A program made the position numbers and the translations under genes. The notes under the pieces are model-generated. The model did not search any database and had not been told where the DNA came from. It was given only the letters and a program-made list of their open reading frames with translations. A stretch of DNA of 64,000 nucleotides from an uncultured Alphaproteobacteria bacterium. GTDB taxonomy: Bacteria; Pseudomonadota; Alphaproteobacteria; Rhizobiales; Xanthobacteraceae. The stretch is taken from positions 84,623 through 148,622 of the forward strand of contig CAVULJ010000009.1 in NCBI GenBank assembly GCA_963742215.1, read 5' to 3'. Below, piece after piece: positions 38,555-48,038 of this stretch; the stretch's first letter is position 1; each line of letters opens with the position of its first letter.

Positions 38555-41500
38555 TCATTCCCAGATCAGCACATTGGGCAGCGACCAATCGATCTGCCGC
38601 AGCAGCGTGTAGCCGACGCCGGAAAGCCCGCGGAACAGACCGAGATTGAATTGGCGCTTGCCGCTGTTCCAGCGGTAGTCGCCGGTTGCAGCGGCACGCG
38701 CCAGGACGGCGATGAGGCGCTGCGAGGCGAGTGCGCGCAGATCGTCGCGGCTGAGTGCGTCGGCCGCCTCGCAGAAAAATTCAATGCCGCCGAGCGTGCC
38801 GCAACACAGCGTGTCGACCGGTGTCGGCTGGTTTCGCTCGACGCCTTCGACCGCGTTGCCGATATCCGCAGCCAGCGGCTTGGCATCTCGCTTCGCATTG
38901 GCGCCGCCGCGCTTGACCACGGCGAGACGCGCCAGGCCGATGCCGGCGGCGCCGTGGCACCATTGGCACGGCCAATGCGGTTTCTCGGCGCGCAGATCGG
39001 GCCAATTGTGGCGCCCGGCGTCGTAGCTTGAATCTTCAAAAGCGATGCATGCGGACGCGGCCACCGCAAAATCGTCGCGCCCCGTCGCCGCTGCCAGCGC
39101 GGCGAGCGCATAGGCAAAGCCCGCCGCGCCATGCGACATGCCGTTGAGCGCATGGGACGGCTTGCGCGCCCGAGCCCTGTCCGAGCCAGGTGCGGCGTCC
39201 CTCGGCTCCGAGCTGCGATTGCGCCAACAGATGTTCGCCGCATTTCGTCGCGCGAAAAAGCACGTCGCCGGATTTGGTATCGCGATAAAGCCGCAGCAGC
39301 GCTAGGATCGCGCCGGCGCTGCCGCCCATCACGTCGAGCTGCTTGTCCGCCGCAATGAGCTCGTCGGTAAAGAGTCGCGCCGCCGCATCCGCATCGGCGA
39401 GCAAGATCGGCATTGTTGAGGCATTTCGCCGTCACGAGCCAAGCGCATAGACGATCGAGCCGAGCCCGGTGGCGCCGCCAATGCCGAGCGCCCGCGCCAT
39501 GCCGCGCGGCGTTGCGGCTTTTCAGGCTCTTGCGCAGATGCGACAGCGCGGCGAGCGCCAGCTCGCCCGACGCGGTGTTGCCCGTCACCGCCGCATGCGC
39601 GGCAAGAAACACCGCGATGCCGCTAGTGCCGTTGTAGAGATCCGGGCCGAGGCAGACGAGCTGGAAAACCTCGGAATCGCCGAGCCAGTCGAGGCCGATC
39701 CAGGCGGCGCCCGGTCCGCGGCGAATGGCGTAACCCGACATTTCCGCGGCGATGTTGTCGGCTTCGGCGGCGAACGCTGCTTTGGCGCGGCGCGAGCTGC
39801 GCACGCGCCGGCACGTCGTGCTGGCGGCGCGGCGGCTGCGCCGGCGGCCGCATTTGGCGTGACCGAATTGGTATTCTCGCGGATGACCTCGATCTGCCAG
39901 GCGATCTCGCGCTTCATCGAGGTTTTGCAGACGCGCGCGCGGCGCGATCCAGTCCCGGAATCGCGGCGGTGCGGACGGCAATGCCGGCCGCGTCGGCAAT
40001 CCCGCCGCCATCGCTTGGTGAAACGAAATGCGGCACGTTGAGCGCCAACAGCGCGTCGCGTTCGGCGCGGTGCAACGGCCATAGCGGATCGAAATCCTTG
40101 TCCCATTGCGACAGCCTGGCGACGAAGTCGGCTTGCGCGGACCAGATCGCGCCGTCATCCATGCTGCGGTGATTTTTCAGCCGCTGCAGCAGCATGTAGT
40201 AAAAACGGGTAGGGCGGATGACTTTGCGGACCGCAAGCCCGGCAAAGCCGCCGAGCAGCGCGTCGGGCGTCGCTGCTCCATTGCGACAGGAATTTCGCGT
40301 AATCGGCAAAGCCCGAGACGAAGCTTTCGATGTGATCGCCGAACTTGGCGTAACGGCCATCGACATGCGGCAGATTGGTATTGGTCTCGCCCGCTTCTTT
40401 GATTCTCGCCGGCCGCATCGCGTCGGTGTTGATATCATTCCAGGCGATGACGGTCCGTTCGCCCCAGTCCGCGGTCATGCCGCCCATGGCGAACACCTGG
40501 TTGTCCACCGAGCGGCCGTAAGCGGGCAAGCAGCCCGACCGTCATCACCGAGTTGCCGATAATGTCCATGGCGGCATCGAAGGCCTCGCCCCTCGGCTTC
40601 CTGGGCTTTGTGTTCCTCGGCGCTCGGCTGCAGGATGGTTTCCAGATCGACCGGCACCGGCTGATCGCCGGCCGCGATCATGTTCTCCTGGTGCATGTCG
40701 GTCGTGGCGAAGACGTGGAATAGCGCGAGGAGGGCGCCGGCACGGCGGAAAAATCGCGCGCATGCCGAAGCGTCGGCGCAGCCGGCATGGGCGATGAATT
40801 CGGTCCAGCCATAGCCGTCGCGCGCGATTGCGCGCGCCGCCCGCAGCGCGACCGGTGGATTGGCGCCGTTGAGCCGCTCGATCAGAGCGTGCCAGGCGAC
40901 GTCGAGCCGCAAATCCTTCGGCTTGTAGGCGACGCGCCCGCCGTCGGCGAAAGTCACGATCAGGACCGCATGGCCGCCATTGTGCGGATCGGAAAGGCCG
41001 CCCTCGATTTTGGCGACGCCGCCGTCGGCGGTGGATCGCAGAATATCGTGCCGAAGCAGCGCCAGATCGGCATCCAGCCGCAGCACGAATTCGCGCGACG
41101 TGTCGATCCATTGCCGCGTGACGGCCGCGATGAGCCGCAACAGCACCGGCTTGTCTTCGAACAGCAGCCGCAAGCCGCCGGCTTTCATGGCGGTGACGAA
41201 TTGATCGTAGCCTGCGGGATTTGCAGCGGGACTTGCAGCGCCCTCCGTTGCGCCGGCGCCGCGCGCCTGGGCGAAACGTTCGTAGATCGCGGGAGCGCAG
41301 AGCTCCGATAATTGCACCAGCAGCGACTGGTGAAGATCGGCGCGCGCGGATTGGCGGAGCCTGTCGATGACGCGGGCGTCGAGTCCGGACCAAAGCCGCG
41401 CGCCGGCTTGTTCGACGACCGGCGCGAGCAGGTGTTCAAATGCTACCGGTGCGGTCACCGGCCTGGCGTCGCCGCCAAGACGTCTATTCGAGCTCTGTAG

Positions 41501-41818
41501 TGCCGCTTCGATCCAAACTGCATCGTCGAGCCATGCCGGCGCGGCAACGCCGGCGCTGCGGCGGACCGCGCCAAAGCGCTCATTGAGCGTCGCCATCGAC
41601 AGCGCATCGCGGTCAAGCCGCCGCGCAAACAGCGGCTCGTCGCGGGCGGCGGCGGACCGGTGCCACGCGGCAAGACGCCGCGCGAAAAGCGCGTTGTCGT
41701 CGCTCTCGCCGGGTGCGGCTTCGAACGCGTCCGAAACGAGCTCGTCGATGGTGGCGGCGCGCATGCCAAAGCGCTCAAAAAAGCCGTCTCGGCCGCAGCC
41801 TCCGATTAGGGGTGTCAT
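38555..41818 (-). pseudogene. lanM: Class II lanthipeptide synthetase (LanM) gene disrupted by about ten frameshifts
   Basis: The dehydratase part is intact in one frame (41818 to about 40590), including HVFATTDMHQENMIAAGDQPVPVDLETI. The rest is spread over three frames (…AFDAAMDIIGNSVMTVGLL / PAYGRSVDNQVF… / …RKVIRPTRFYYMLLQRL… / …REIAWQIEVIRE… / …DLYNGTSGIAVFLA… / …GGATGLGSIVYAL… / …DVMGGSAGAIL…). The LanC-like end carries NGMSHGAAGFAYAL, WCHGAAGIG and CCGTLG zinc-ligand motifs. Confidence 0.85.
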
Positions 41819-42119
41819 TCATCGTCGCAGAGCGTTTCCATCCATGTCCGGGCGGCCCTGTGCTTATCCTCGGCCGGGGGCCTCGATTGCTGCGTAAAGT
41901 GGCGGCACCGGGGCACCTCCGACGGCCGTTTTAGGGACCAAAAAGGCTGCCGGGATCGCCCGATTATCTCCAGAAATCAGCCACCTGTCACAATAGCGGA
42001 CGCACTTTACACCCACCGCGGCCGATGATTTAATGGGCACCTGGCGGGGGGTTTTTTAGCGAATTTCTCGTCGTGCCTAGTGACTGCCGGCGCCGCTGGC
42101 GAACAAAAGGAACAGAGTT

Positions 42120-42278
42120 ATGAAAGACATCAACATCGACCAGAGGGAAGAAGAGATCCTCATTGACGTTTCCGACGCGGCGCTGGAAGCAGCGGCGGGT
42201 TCGGTAAAGGAGAAGGCTGGGGCCTTCACGCTCTCGTTCTGCTCGGGCCTGGACACCTGCCCCGGTATCCGCTCCTAA
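42120..42278 (+). CDS. Candidate class II lanthipeptide precursor (LanA-like), 52 aa
   Basis: Not in the ORF track. AAGGAA lies 8 nt before the ATG. Product is MKDINIDQREEEILIDVSDAALEAAAGSVKEKAGAFTLSFCSGLDTCPGIRS: an acidic leader ending in a G-S/A-G junction and a Cys/Ser/Thr-rich core. Divergent from lanM and followed by a hairpin. Confidence 0.6.
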   Translation: MKDINIDQREEEILIDVSDAALEAAAGSVKEKAGAFTLSFCSGLDTCPGIRS

Positions 42279-42342
42279 CTGGTCGCAAGGCCGGCTTGGG
42301 TTTCTGATTTCGCCCGGATTGTCGGACTGATTTAGTTTCCGA

Positions 42343-42380
42343 CGAGGCGCCGGGAGATTCCGGCGCCTCGTTCTCTATTT
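42343..42380. terminator. Hairpin terminator between the LanA-like ORF and the convergent amidohydrolase gene
   Basis: CGAGGCGCCGG-GAGATT-CCGGCGCCTCG, a perfect 11-bp stem, followed by TTCTCTATTTTA. Confidence 0.6.
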
Positions 42381-42494
42381 TATCGCGCTTTTTTGTCCTC
42401 CAGCGGTAAATTTTTCGCTGCCGCTAAGGCTCTAATGTTCGCGCCCCCATCGCTGCGTCCGCGTCGCCACAACACCTGCGTCACCACATCTGCG

Positions 42495-43355
42495 TCACGC
42501 GCTATCGGCCAAAACCGGGTACAGCGTTTGCGCCGTTTTGGCGAAAATCCAGTCCTGATCGCGTTGCGGCAGTGACGAAAGCGATTGACGCGCCAGCGCC
42601 AGAAGCGCGGGGAAGCTGCCTTCCGACGACGGGTAATTGGAGCCCCAGGCGAGCCGCGCCGCGCCGAATTCGGCAACGAGTTTGGCGAAGAATGTCTCGG
42701 GCGTCGCCTTGCTTTTTTTCGCCTCGTTGAAAACACGCGGCGTCAGCTTCAAATAGACGTTGGGGTAGCGGGCGAGCGCGAACAGGCTTTCCGCCGCCGC
42801 ATAGGGCGGCCCGTCCTCCAATTGCGGCCGCGCGGCGTGGTCGAGAATGACCTTCACTGTGGGGAAGCGTTCGACCATGGCGGTCAATTGCGGCAGTCCC
42901 TTCGCGGACATCTGCATGCAGATCGACAATCCGGTCTCGCCGGCATAATCCCAGGCCGGATAGGATTTCGGATCGTCGAGCCATGAGGCTTGTTCGCTCA
43001 TGGTAGTGCCAAAGGTGAAGAGCCGCATGCCGGTGAGCTTGCGGTCGCGCCAATAGCGCATTGTCTCGCGTGCATCCGGCGCCAGCACGTCGGCGGAAAA
43101 CACGCCGGTGAATTGTTGCGGATGCGCGGCGACGGCGTCGGCGACGTAGGAGTTGTCGTGGCCGTAGCAGGTCGATGCCTGCACGATCGCCGCCTTGCGC
43201 ACGCCGGCCTGGTCCATCACAGCGATCATCTCGTCGAGCGACACCGGCCGCGTCTGCGACCAGTCGGACTGTTTGCCGCCGAGCGGCGCGCGCGGGTAGC
43301 GCTGCGCGTCAGTGGCGACGATATGCGGATGAATATCAATGACGGCCGGCGGCAT
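42495..43355 (-). CDS. Amidohydrolase-2 family metal-dependent hydrolase/decarboxylase
   Basis: N-terminal IDIHPHIV (HxH metal motif) and TIM-barrel hydrolase-like body (…ILDHAARP…). ATG 43355 is preferred. Confidence 0.8.
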   Translation of the reverse strand: MPPAVIDIHPHIVATDAQRYPRAPLGGKQSDWSQTRPVSLDEMIAVMDQAGVRKAAIVQASTCYGHDNSYVADAVAAHPQQFTGVFSADVLAPDARETMRYWRDRKLTGMRLFTFGTTMSEQASWLDDPKSYPAWDYAGETGLSICMQMSAKGLPQLTAMVERFPTVKVILDHAARPQLEDGPPYAAAESLFALARYPNVYLKLTPRVFNEAKKSKATPETFFAKLVAEFGAARLAWGSNYPSSEGSFPALLALARQSLSSLPQRDQDWIFAKTAQTLYPVLADSA

Positions 43356-43394
43356 CGCACGTTCCTCGACTAGAATTTGCACCAGGCCTCACGA

Positions 43395-44363
43395 TCAGTC
43401 CTCGACGAACAGTTTTTCAATCGGTAGCCGCTGCGGCATCAGGCCTTGCTGGACGGCGTAAGCGATCAGCGCCTCGATCGAGGCAAGATTGGCCGCGATG
43501 CCGTAGGGCAGGGGATCGCCGCCGAGAAGCGGCATCCAGCCGTAAAATTTCTTGTCGTCCGCGCCGGTCAGCGTGCCGGTTTTCAGCCGCTCGACATAGC
43601 GGCGCTTACTTTCGACGAAAGCGCCGAACAGCGCTTTTGCCAGCCACGGATTGTCGGCAAGCCATCGCTCCTTGACCACGATCAGTCCGTGGATCGGATA
43701 AATCCCGGTGCGGCGGTGCCATTCGGCTTCGAGCTTCGGGCCGTCCTTGAACAGTTCGTAGTAGTCGGGCGGCGTCGGCGCCGGCGTCCAGCCGGACTGC
43801 GGCGAACCCTGGCGGCCGATCCCGGCATTGGCGGTGAAGCTGGCGGCAAGCTCGCCATCGGCCATCATGGCGCGGAGCGAGCGCGCCGGTGGCGCGTGCA
43901 CCACGTTCGGCGGCAAGCGCAGTTCGGCGACATGTTCTTCGTCGTCGACCACCCAGGTGACTTTGGACGCGTCGAGACCGTATTCGTCGGTCAGGATACC
44001 GCGCGTCCATACCCCGGTGGTCACCGAATAGGCGCGCACGCCGACCTTCTTGCCGTGCAGGTCGGTGGGGCGGCGAATGCCGGAATCGTGCCGGCACACG
44101 AGGCCGGTGTGATGAAAGCGGCGCATCACGAATACCGGAAGCGCGATGTACGGCGCGCCGAGCGCGCGTGCGATCATGTAGGTCGTCGGCGCCATTTCGC
44201 AGACGTCGAATTCGAGCTGGCGCACCATGCGGCGGTACGCGGCGACGATCGGCGCCACCTCGACAAAATGGAGCGCGACGCCCTCGACCGCCACGCTGCC
44301 GTCTTTTAGCGCGGCGGTGTGGCCGTAGGTGGCGATCGCCGTTTTCAGCCCGATCTGAGTCAT
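43395..44363 (-). CDS. Cytoplasmic periplasmic-binding-protein-fold protein (SsuA/PhnD-like; 4,5-dihydroxyphthalate decarboxylase-like family)
   Basis: No signal peptide. …LEFDVCEMAPTTYMIARALGAPYIALPVFVMRRFHH… and …GKKVGVRAYSVTTGVWTRGIL… match this family as I remember it. Forms an operon-like pair with the amidohydrolase. Confidence 0.55.
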   Translation of the reverse strand: MTQIGLKTAIATYGHTAALKDGSVAVEGVALHFVEVAPIVAAYRRMVRQLEFDVCEMAPTTYMIARALGAPYIALPVFVMRRFHHTGLVCRHDSGIRRPTDLHGKKVGVRAYSVTTGVWTRGILTDEYGLDASKVTWVVDDEEHVAELRLPPNVVHAPPARSLRAMMADGELAASFTANAGIGRQGSPQSGWTPAPTPPDYYELFKDGPKLEAEWHRRTGIYPIHGLIVVKERWLADNPWLAKALFGAFVESKRRYVERLKTGTLTGADDKKFYGWMPLLGGDPLPYGIAANLASIEALIAYAVQQGLMPQRLPIEKLFVED

Positions 44364-45061
44364 CGCCGCGCCTCGCGCCAGCCGCAACCTCGGCTGAATG
44401 AGTTACGCCGGTCACCTCCCGCTGCGCGTGGCGCTGGTCGACAGACGAGCGTCTTTTGAATCCGGAAGCTTAACATACTAAACCGCTAAAAGCGTAAGCG
44501 CGCAGCGTCGCGACGTGACGGCGCTTGCGGCATTCGTCTGCCCAGCCAGAGCTGCAATGACGGTACGGGCCGAAACCGGCCACTCGCAAATCCAAAACTA
44601 GCCATCCCCGGATGCTTACACTTCTGAGCAATCTTACCCAAGATAGTTATGAGCTTGGAGGCCGCAATCCAATTGTTTGCGTCGCGCGTACTGTCACGCC
44701 CACCTTCAGTTGTGGATCATGAACCGCGCTAAATGAAAGAGGCCACAAAGTGAGGCGGTGTTATTCGACCTCAACCTCTCTGGTGATTTCCTCGCCACAC
44801 CGATCGCACCTAAAGCCTTCCACACGGGGAAGGTTATTCTCGGCGGGGAGAAAAGAAACGAGTTCTCATCTTTTGCACACACTTAGGGCAGCGGGGTGGA
44901 TCGTCCCTGGATGACACCAGCTAGTAATATTGGCCCGGCAATATGGGCATTGTTTACATATCTAACATTGCATCGGCAAGTCCTAGGCGGCGTGAACAAA
45001 ATCCTTGGCGCGTGAATCCCGTTTTGATTCACGATTGGAGATTCGAGGAGGCGGCCTTAAG

Positions 45062-45155
45062 CTGCGGCGATCTGACAGAGGTCGAGTGGCGTATTTTGCG
45101 CGTGTTGTTGCCGGTGGAGCGAGAACCTGGGAAACGCGGACGTGGCCAGCCGCCT
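45062..45155 (+). pseudogene. Remnant of an IS5-family (DUF4096-type N-terminus) transposase gene
   Basis: …CGDLTEVEWRILRVLLPVEREPGKRGRGQP… resembles the conserved …GDLTDAEW.RI.PLLP.ER…GRP… N-terminus. Only about 30 codons are recognisable. Confidence 0.4.
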
Positions 45156-45321
45156 TTTCACTTTGGATTGTTCTCCAACTCTGATATACAGTAATCATAG
45201 TTCCAGGTATTGCAGACCATGGCCATGCAGGGCTGGCTCCTCATATTGGCCTCGATTGCAGCCGACATTTATTTCTCGACAATCCCGATCAGCATAACGT
45301 CCGGCACAGAGCGCTAGGATT

Positions 45322-45576
45322 ATGTCAAGGAACAAGCCAGACGCGGATCCCTTTGCTTCAGAGGGATTTGTCGTGCTCGTAGAAGTGCTCGCCGACAGCG
45401 ATTTTCCGCGACGCGAAGCATACGTCGTCGCCTGCGCAACGAAGGAAGAATCCGAGACGAAAATTCGGGAACTATATACCGATGAGTTGACCACCCAATT
45501 TAGCACTGCGCCCATGCCCGTTGAGAATATTAAGCGGCTTAAACTTCGACATGGCGAAGTACTGCCGTGGCAGTGA
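45322..45576 (+). CDS. Hypothetical 84-aa protein
   Basis: AGGA 4 nt before the ATG. Composition is more protein-like than the overlapping antisense ORF. No family recognised. Confidence 0.35.
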   Translation: MSRNKPDADPFASEGFVVLVEVLADSDFPRREAYVVACATKEESETKIRELYTDELTTQFSTAPMPVENIKRLKLRHGEVLPWQ

Positions 45577-45665
45577 TGATCATATCGCCGAGTAGGTTCC
45601 GCGTTGCATGCTCTTTGCCACACGAATGCGAACGGATCCCAATCCGCTATCTTATGTTGCAACCC

Positions 45666-46049
45666 TCAAGATATGATATGTTTAGTGGAGACCCCGGAAC
45701 TACTGGGGCAGCTCCGAGATGATCTGAAGTATCGCCCGAGTACAGCAATCAAACTGCCGATCATAAGCAATGCCCAGCTCGCCGAAAAATCCAATAGCTC
45801 CTCTCTTTCAAGGAATACAGGGAGTTGAATTTTGAAATAGCCCAGGACATACCGAAATGAGACGGTATTCCAATTTCCATAGCTCAACCATTCGGTGCAC
45901 TGCGCGCACAGGATCAGTCCGCCAAGTGCGACAAGCGCAAACCCAGCGATCCTGCACAATACTGCGAAAAAGGTAGTTCTGCGCATAACGATCGCTCGGT
46001 CACTCTCCGCGAAAGCGCTTTCCACGCGGAACGTGGGGTCATCATTCAA
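45666..46049 (-). CDS. Hypothetical membrane protein (127 aa)
   Basis: Two or three hydrophobic helices (FFAVLCRIAGFALVALGGLILC; WALLMIGSLIAVLG). No family recognised. Confidence 0.35.
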   Translation of the reverse strand: MNDDPTFRVESAFAESDRAIVMRRTTFFAVLCRIAGFALVALGGLILCAQCTEWLSYGNWNTVSFRYVLGYFKIQLPVFLEREELLDFSASWALLMIGSLIAVLGRYFRSSRSCPSSSGVSTKHIIS

Positions 46050-46197
46050 TCCGCAAAACGTAAAAACGATGTGGCTGACTACGCAACGCTGCAGAGACGT
46101 GCGGCGAATCCGATAAATTCGCTACTACTGCACCTGCCCCTCGCGCAGCCGCACCGGCGGGACGATTGAGTTATGTTAAGTGACAACGGGTCAGGAA

Positions 46198-46881
46198 TCA
46201 AAAATGATAGGCTGGGGGTATAAAATCGATAATTTTGGATGCCGGTACAAAGTACCCCGCGAAGCCGGTGGTAACAGGAAAGATATGGCCGCCCTCTCTT
46301 TTATTGGTGTATTCCGGCACTTTTGCACTAATAATGCCAACAAGACATTTTTTTTCGGCGTCGAATAGTCCGGATCCGGACGGTTCGACGGTGTCGATAA
46401 GAGTACTAAAACGTCTTTGAAGTTTCGGTGAGATCGTTAGCGGCGATATGATGTGAGCGCGTGTCGTTCCTGTAGGATTTACATCGATTACCTCCATACC
46501 AATCTTAGGGTCGCTCGTACACAATGGATCACGTCGCAATTGTATGCTCATAGGTAATTGTGTTTCGTTGATTGACAAAAGCGCCAAGTCGATCTCTTCG
46601 AATGAGCCGTTCTTTACAATCTTGGCTCGAAGATCCTGGCCACCAATTAATACGCGCGGACGTGTAAAGAACGGCCAGTGTCCCACCACATGAGCTGCGG
46701 TGATCACCAACCCATTTCCCAGGTAAATCCCGTTTCCGGTGAATTGTTGTTGGAAGGGAGGAGTTTTAACAACGTTCACTGCATAAATATTCAGTGAATC
46801 ATCGGGTGCTTGTGCGCACGCGCGTGCAATCATCAGGGCTACCGCAACAGCGGCAACGCCGTTGCGCGCGGCCGAGCGCAT
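46198..46881 (-). CDS. Secreted trypsin-like (S1 family) serine peptidase
   Basis: Signal peptide MRSAARNGVAAVAVALMIARACAQA. Catalytic-triad contexts LVITAAHVVG (His), EIDLALLSI (Asp) and EPSGSGLFD (Ser). Internal ATG 46881 is preferred. Confidence 0.6.
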   Translation of the reverse strand: MRSAARNGVAAVAVALMIARACAQAPDDSLNIYAVNVVKTPPFQQQFTGNGIYLGNGLVITAAHVVGHWPFFTRPRVLIGGQDLRAKIVKNGSFEEIDLALLSINETQLPMSIQLRRDPLCTSDPKIGMEVIDVNPTGTTRAHIISPLTISPKLQRRFSTLIDTVEPSGSGLFDAEKKCLVGIISAKVPEYTNKREGGHIFPVTTGFAGYFVPASKIIDFIPPAYHF

Positions 46882-47645
46882 GGAAGAGCCGATTGCTGTC
46901 GTGCTGCTCTTAGCAAACTTCCATTTTTGCCGCGATTTAGTTGAGTAGTCGGAATGATGGACCAAGTAACCTCCTCCCGCAACAAGTGATCGGGAGCAAC
47001 GCGATGGATACCCATAGGCGCGCATTGATCTTCTTCAGCCCTAGAGTATTCTCGTGGGGGTTATTGGCTCACAATCTGAATTTGCGGTCTAGGTATCTTA
47101 TTGTGGCATTTCCCAGGCTTTCCAGAAGCTTGACGCGATCATATTCGGCCCACACGTTAAAGAGCCAATGTCGAACACGCCTACGCAGCACAAAAGAGTA
47201 ATCGGCCTGTTTCGCCCTCCGGACTCCGGTTATGGACAAAGGTGCGAAAAGGAACGCAGACTGACTAGACTTGCTCGTAAGCCATTTCGTTTCGCTTGGG
47301 CGTGGCGACCACCACGGCATCCCTGAATGTCTTGAAGTAAGGTAGTGTGGGTGGGTAGATCCCATGCCGGTGGCCGGTGAGCCGTAAGATCAGCCGCCGT
47401 CCTTGTCCCAAGTTAAATTGAGTTCTGTGAAGCGAACAGGACTTGGTGTCGAATTTCCAACGCAGGGAGCTTTGCCTGGTTGATTTATCGAAGATCTCAG
47501 GAGGCACGCAGCACTACACCATGATGCAATTTACTAATATTCGCATCGGAATTTACCACAGTCTTGCGGCGCAAATGAAAAATGCGAATACTTATGCGTC
47601 AGACGCGTATCGCTCTTTTTTCTCCAGAGACCACGGAGCCTCAAA

Positions 47646-47918
47646 ATGGACGGTCTAATCAACTTCTTTGCGCTGCGGCCTGTATTCACCTATAATGGAA
47701 TGAAAATAGTTTGGTATATTTACCTACTCAATGCGTTCGTACAGACGTACATTCTTGTTAACGGGGTTTTTCGAATTTTGGCGCAAAGAGGTATTAGCTG
47801 GGAAGCCTGGTCGCCAAATTTTATCCCGCTCATGCTTGGGATAGTTATGCAGCTTGCGTTAGTTCGCTTGCTGCTTGAAGTGGCGGGAGTAATTCTGTTT
47901 ACTGAACGCCGTTCCTGA
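47646..47918 (+). CDS. Small two-TM membrane protein (DUF4282-like)
   Basis: GGAG 9 nt upstream. …INFFALRPVFTYNGMKIVWYIYLLNAFV… and a second helix. The family call is from memory. Confidence 0.45.
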   Translation: MDGLINFFALRPVFTYNGMKIVWYIYLLNAFVQTYILVNGVFRILAQRGISWEAWSPNFIPLMLGIVMQLALVRLLLEVAGVILFTERRS

Positions 47919-47932
47919 GAATTGCGGCCGAG

Positions 47933-47980
47933 TTATTATAGATCGCGAAGACGAGGTTATTATAGATCGCGAAGACGAGT
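47933..47980. repeat. Perfect 24-bp tandem duplication (GTTATTATAGATCGCGAAGACGAG x2)
   Basis: Read directly from the sequence, 15 nt after the preceding stop codon. Confidence 0.9.
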
Positions 47981-48038
47981 AGCGATTATATCTGCGCCGT
48001 CACCTGCGGGTCTCTGCAAAATTACGCCTGAATTGATT

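Noticed and set aside
39432-39434. In-frame TGA between ...GLGSIVYALGS and RRNASTMPILLADA..., considered as a nonsense mutation or a recoding site
   Set aside because: Two closely spaced compensating frameshifts explain it better. The intervening frame-0 reading LVTAKCLNNADL fits the LanM pattern (L..i..fL.d..LL.dA) far better than RRNASTM. There is no SECIS-like context.
38566-40158. 530-aa ORF listed inside the lanM region
   Set aside because: It is not a separate gene. Only short stretches of it (e.g. AEADNIAAEMSGYAIRRGPGAAWIGLDW…DLYNGTSGIAVFLAAHAA) are in the true LanM frame. The rest is out-of-frame read-through between frameshifts.
44760-44850. Minus-strand peptide ...LPRVEGFRCDRCGEEITREVEVE* (zinc-ribbon-like tail)
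   Set aside because: There is no start codon in frame (a TGA lies immediately upstream) and only one CxxC half-site. It is probably a gene fragment at the island border and is mentioned only as debris.
47069-47507. Two minus-strand ORFs (98 and 80 aa) that might be halves of one frameshifted gene
   Set aside because: I recognised no family, the two ORFs are not obviously continuous, and no SD is present. I left them unannotated rather than guess.
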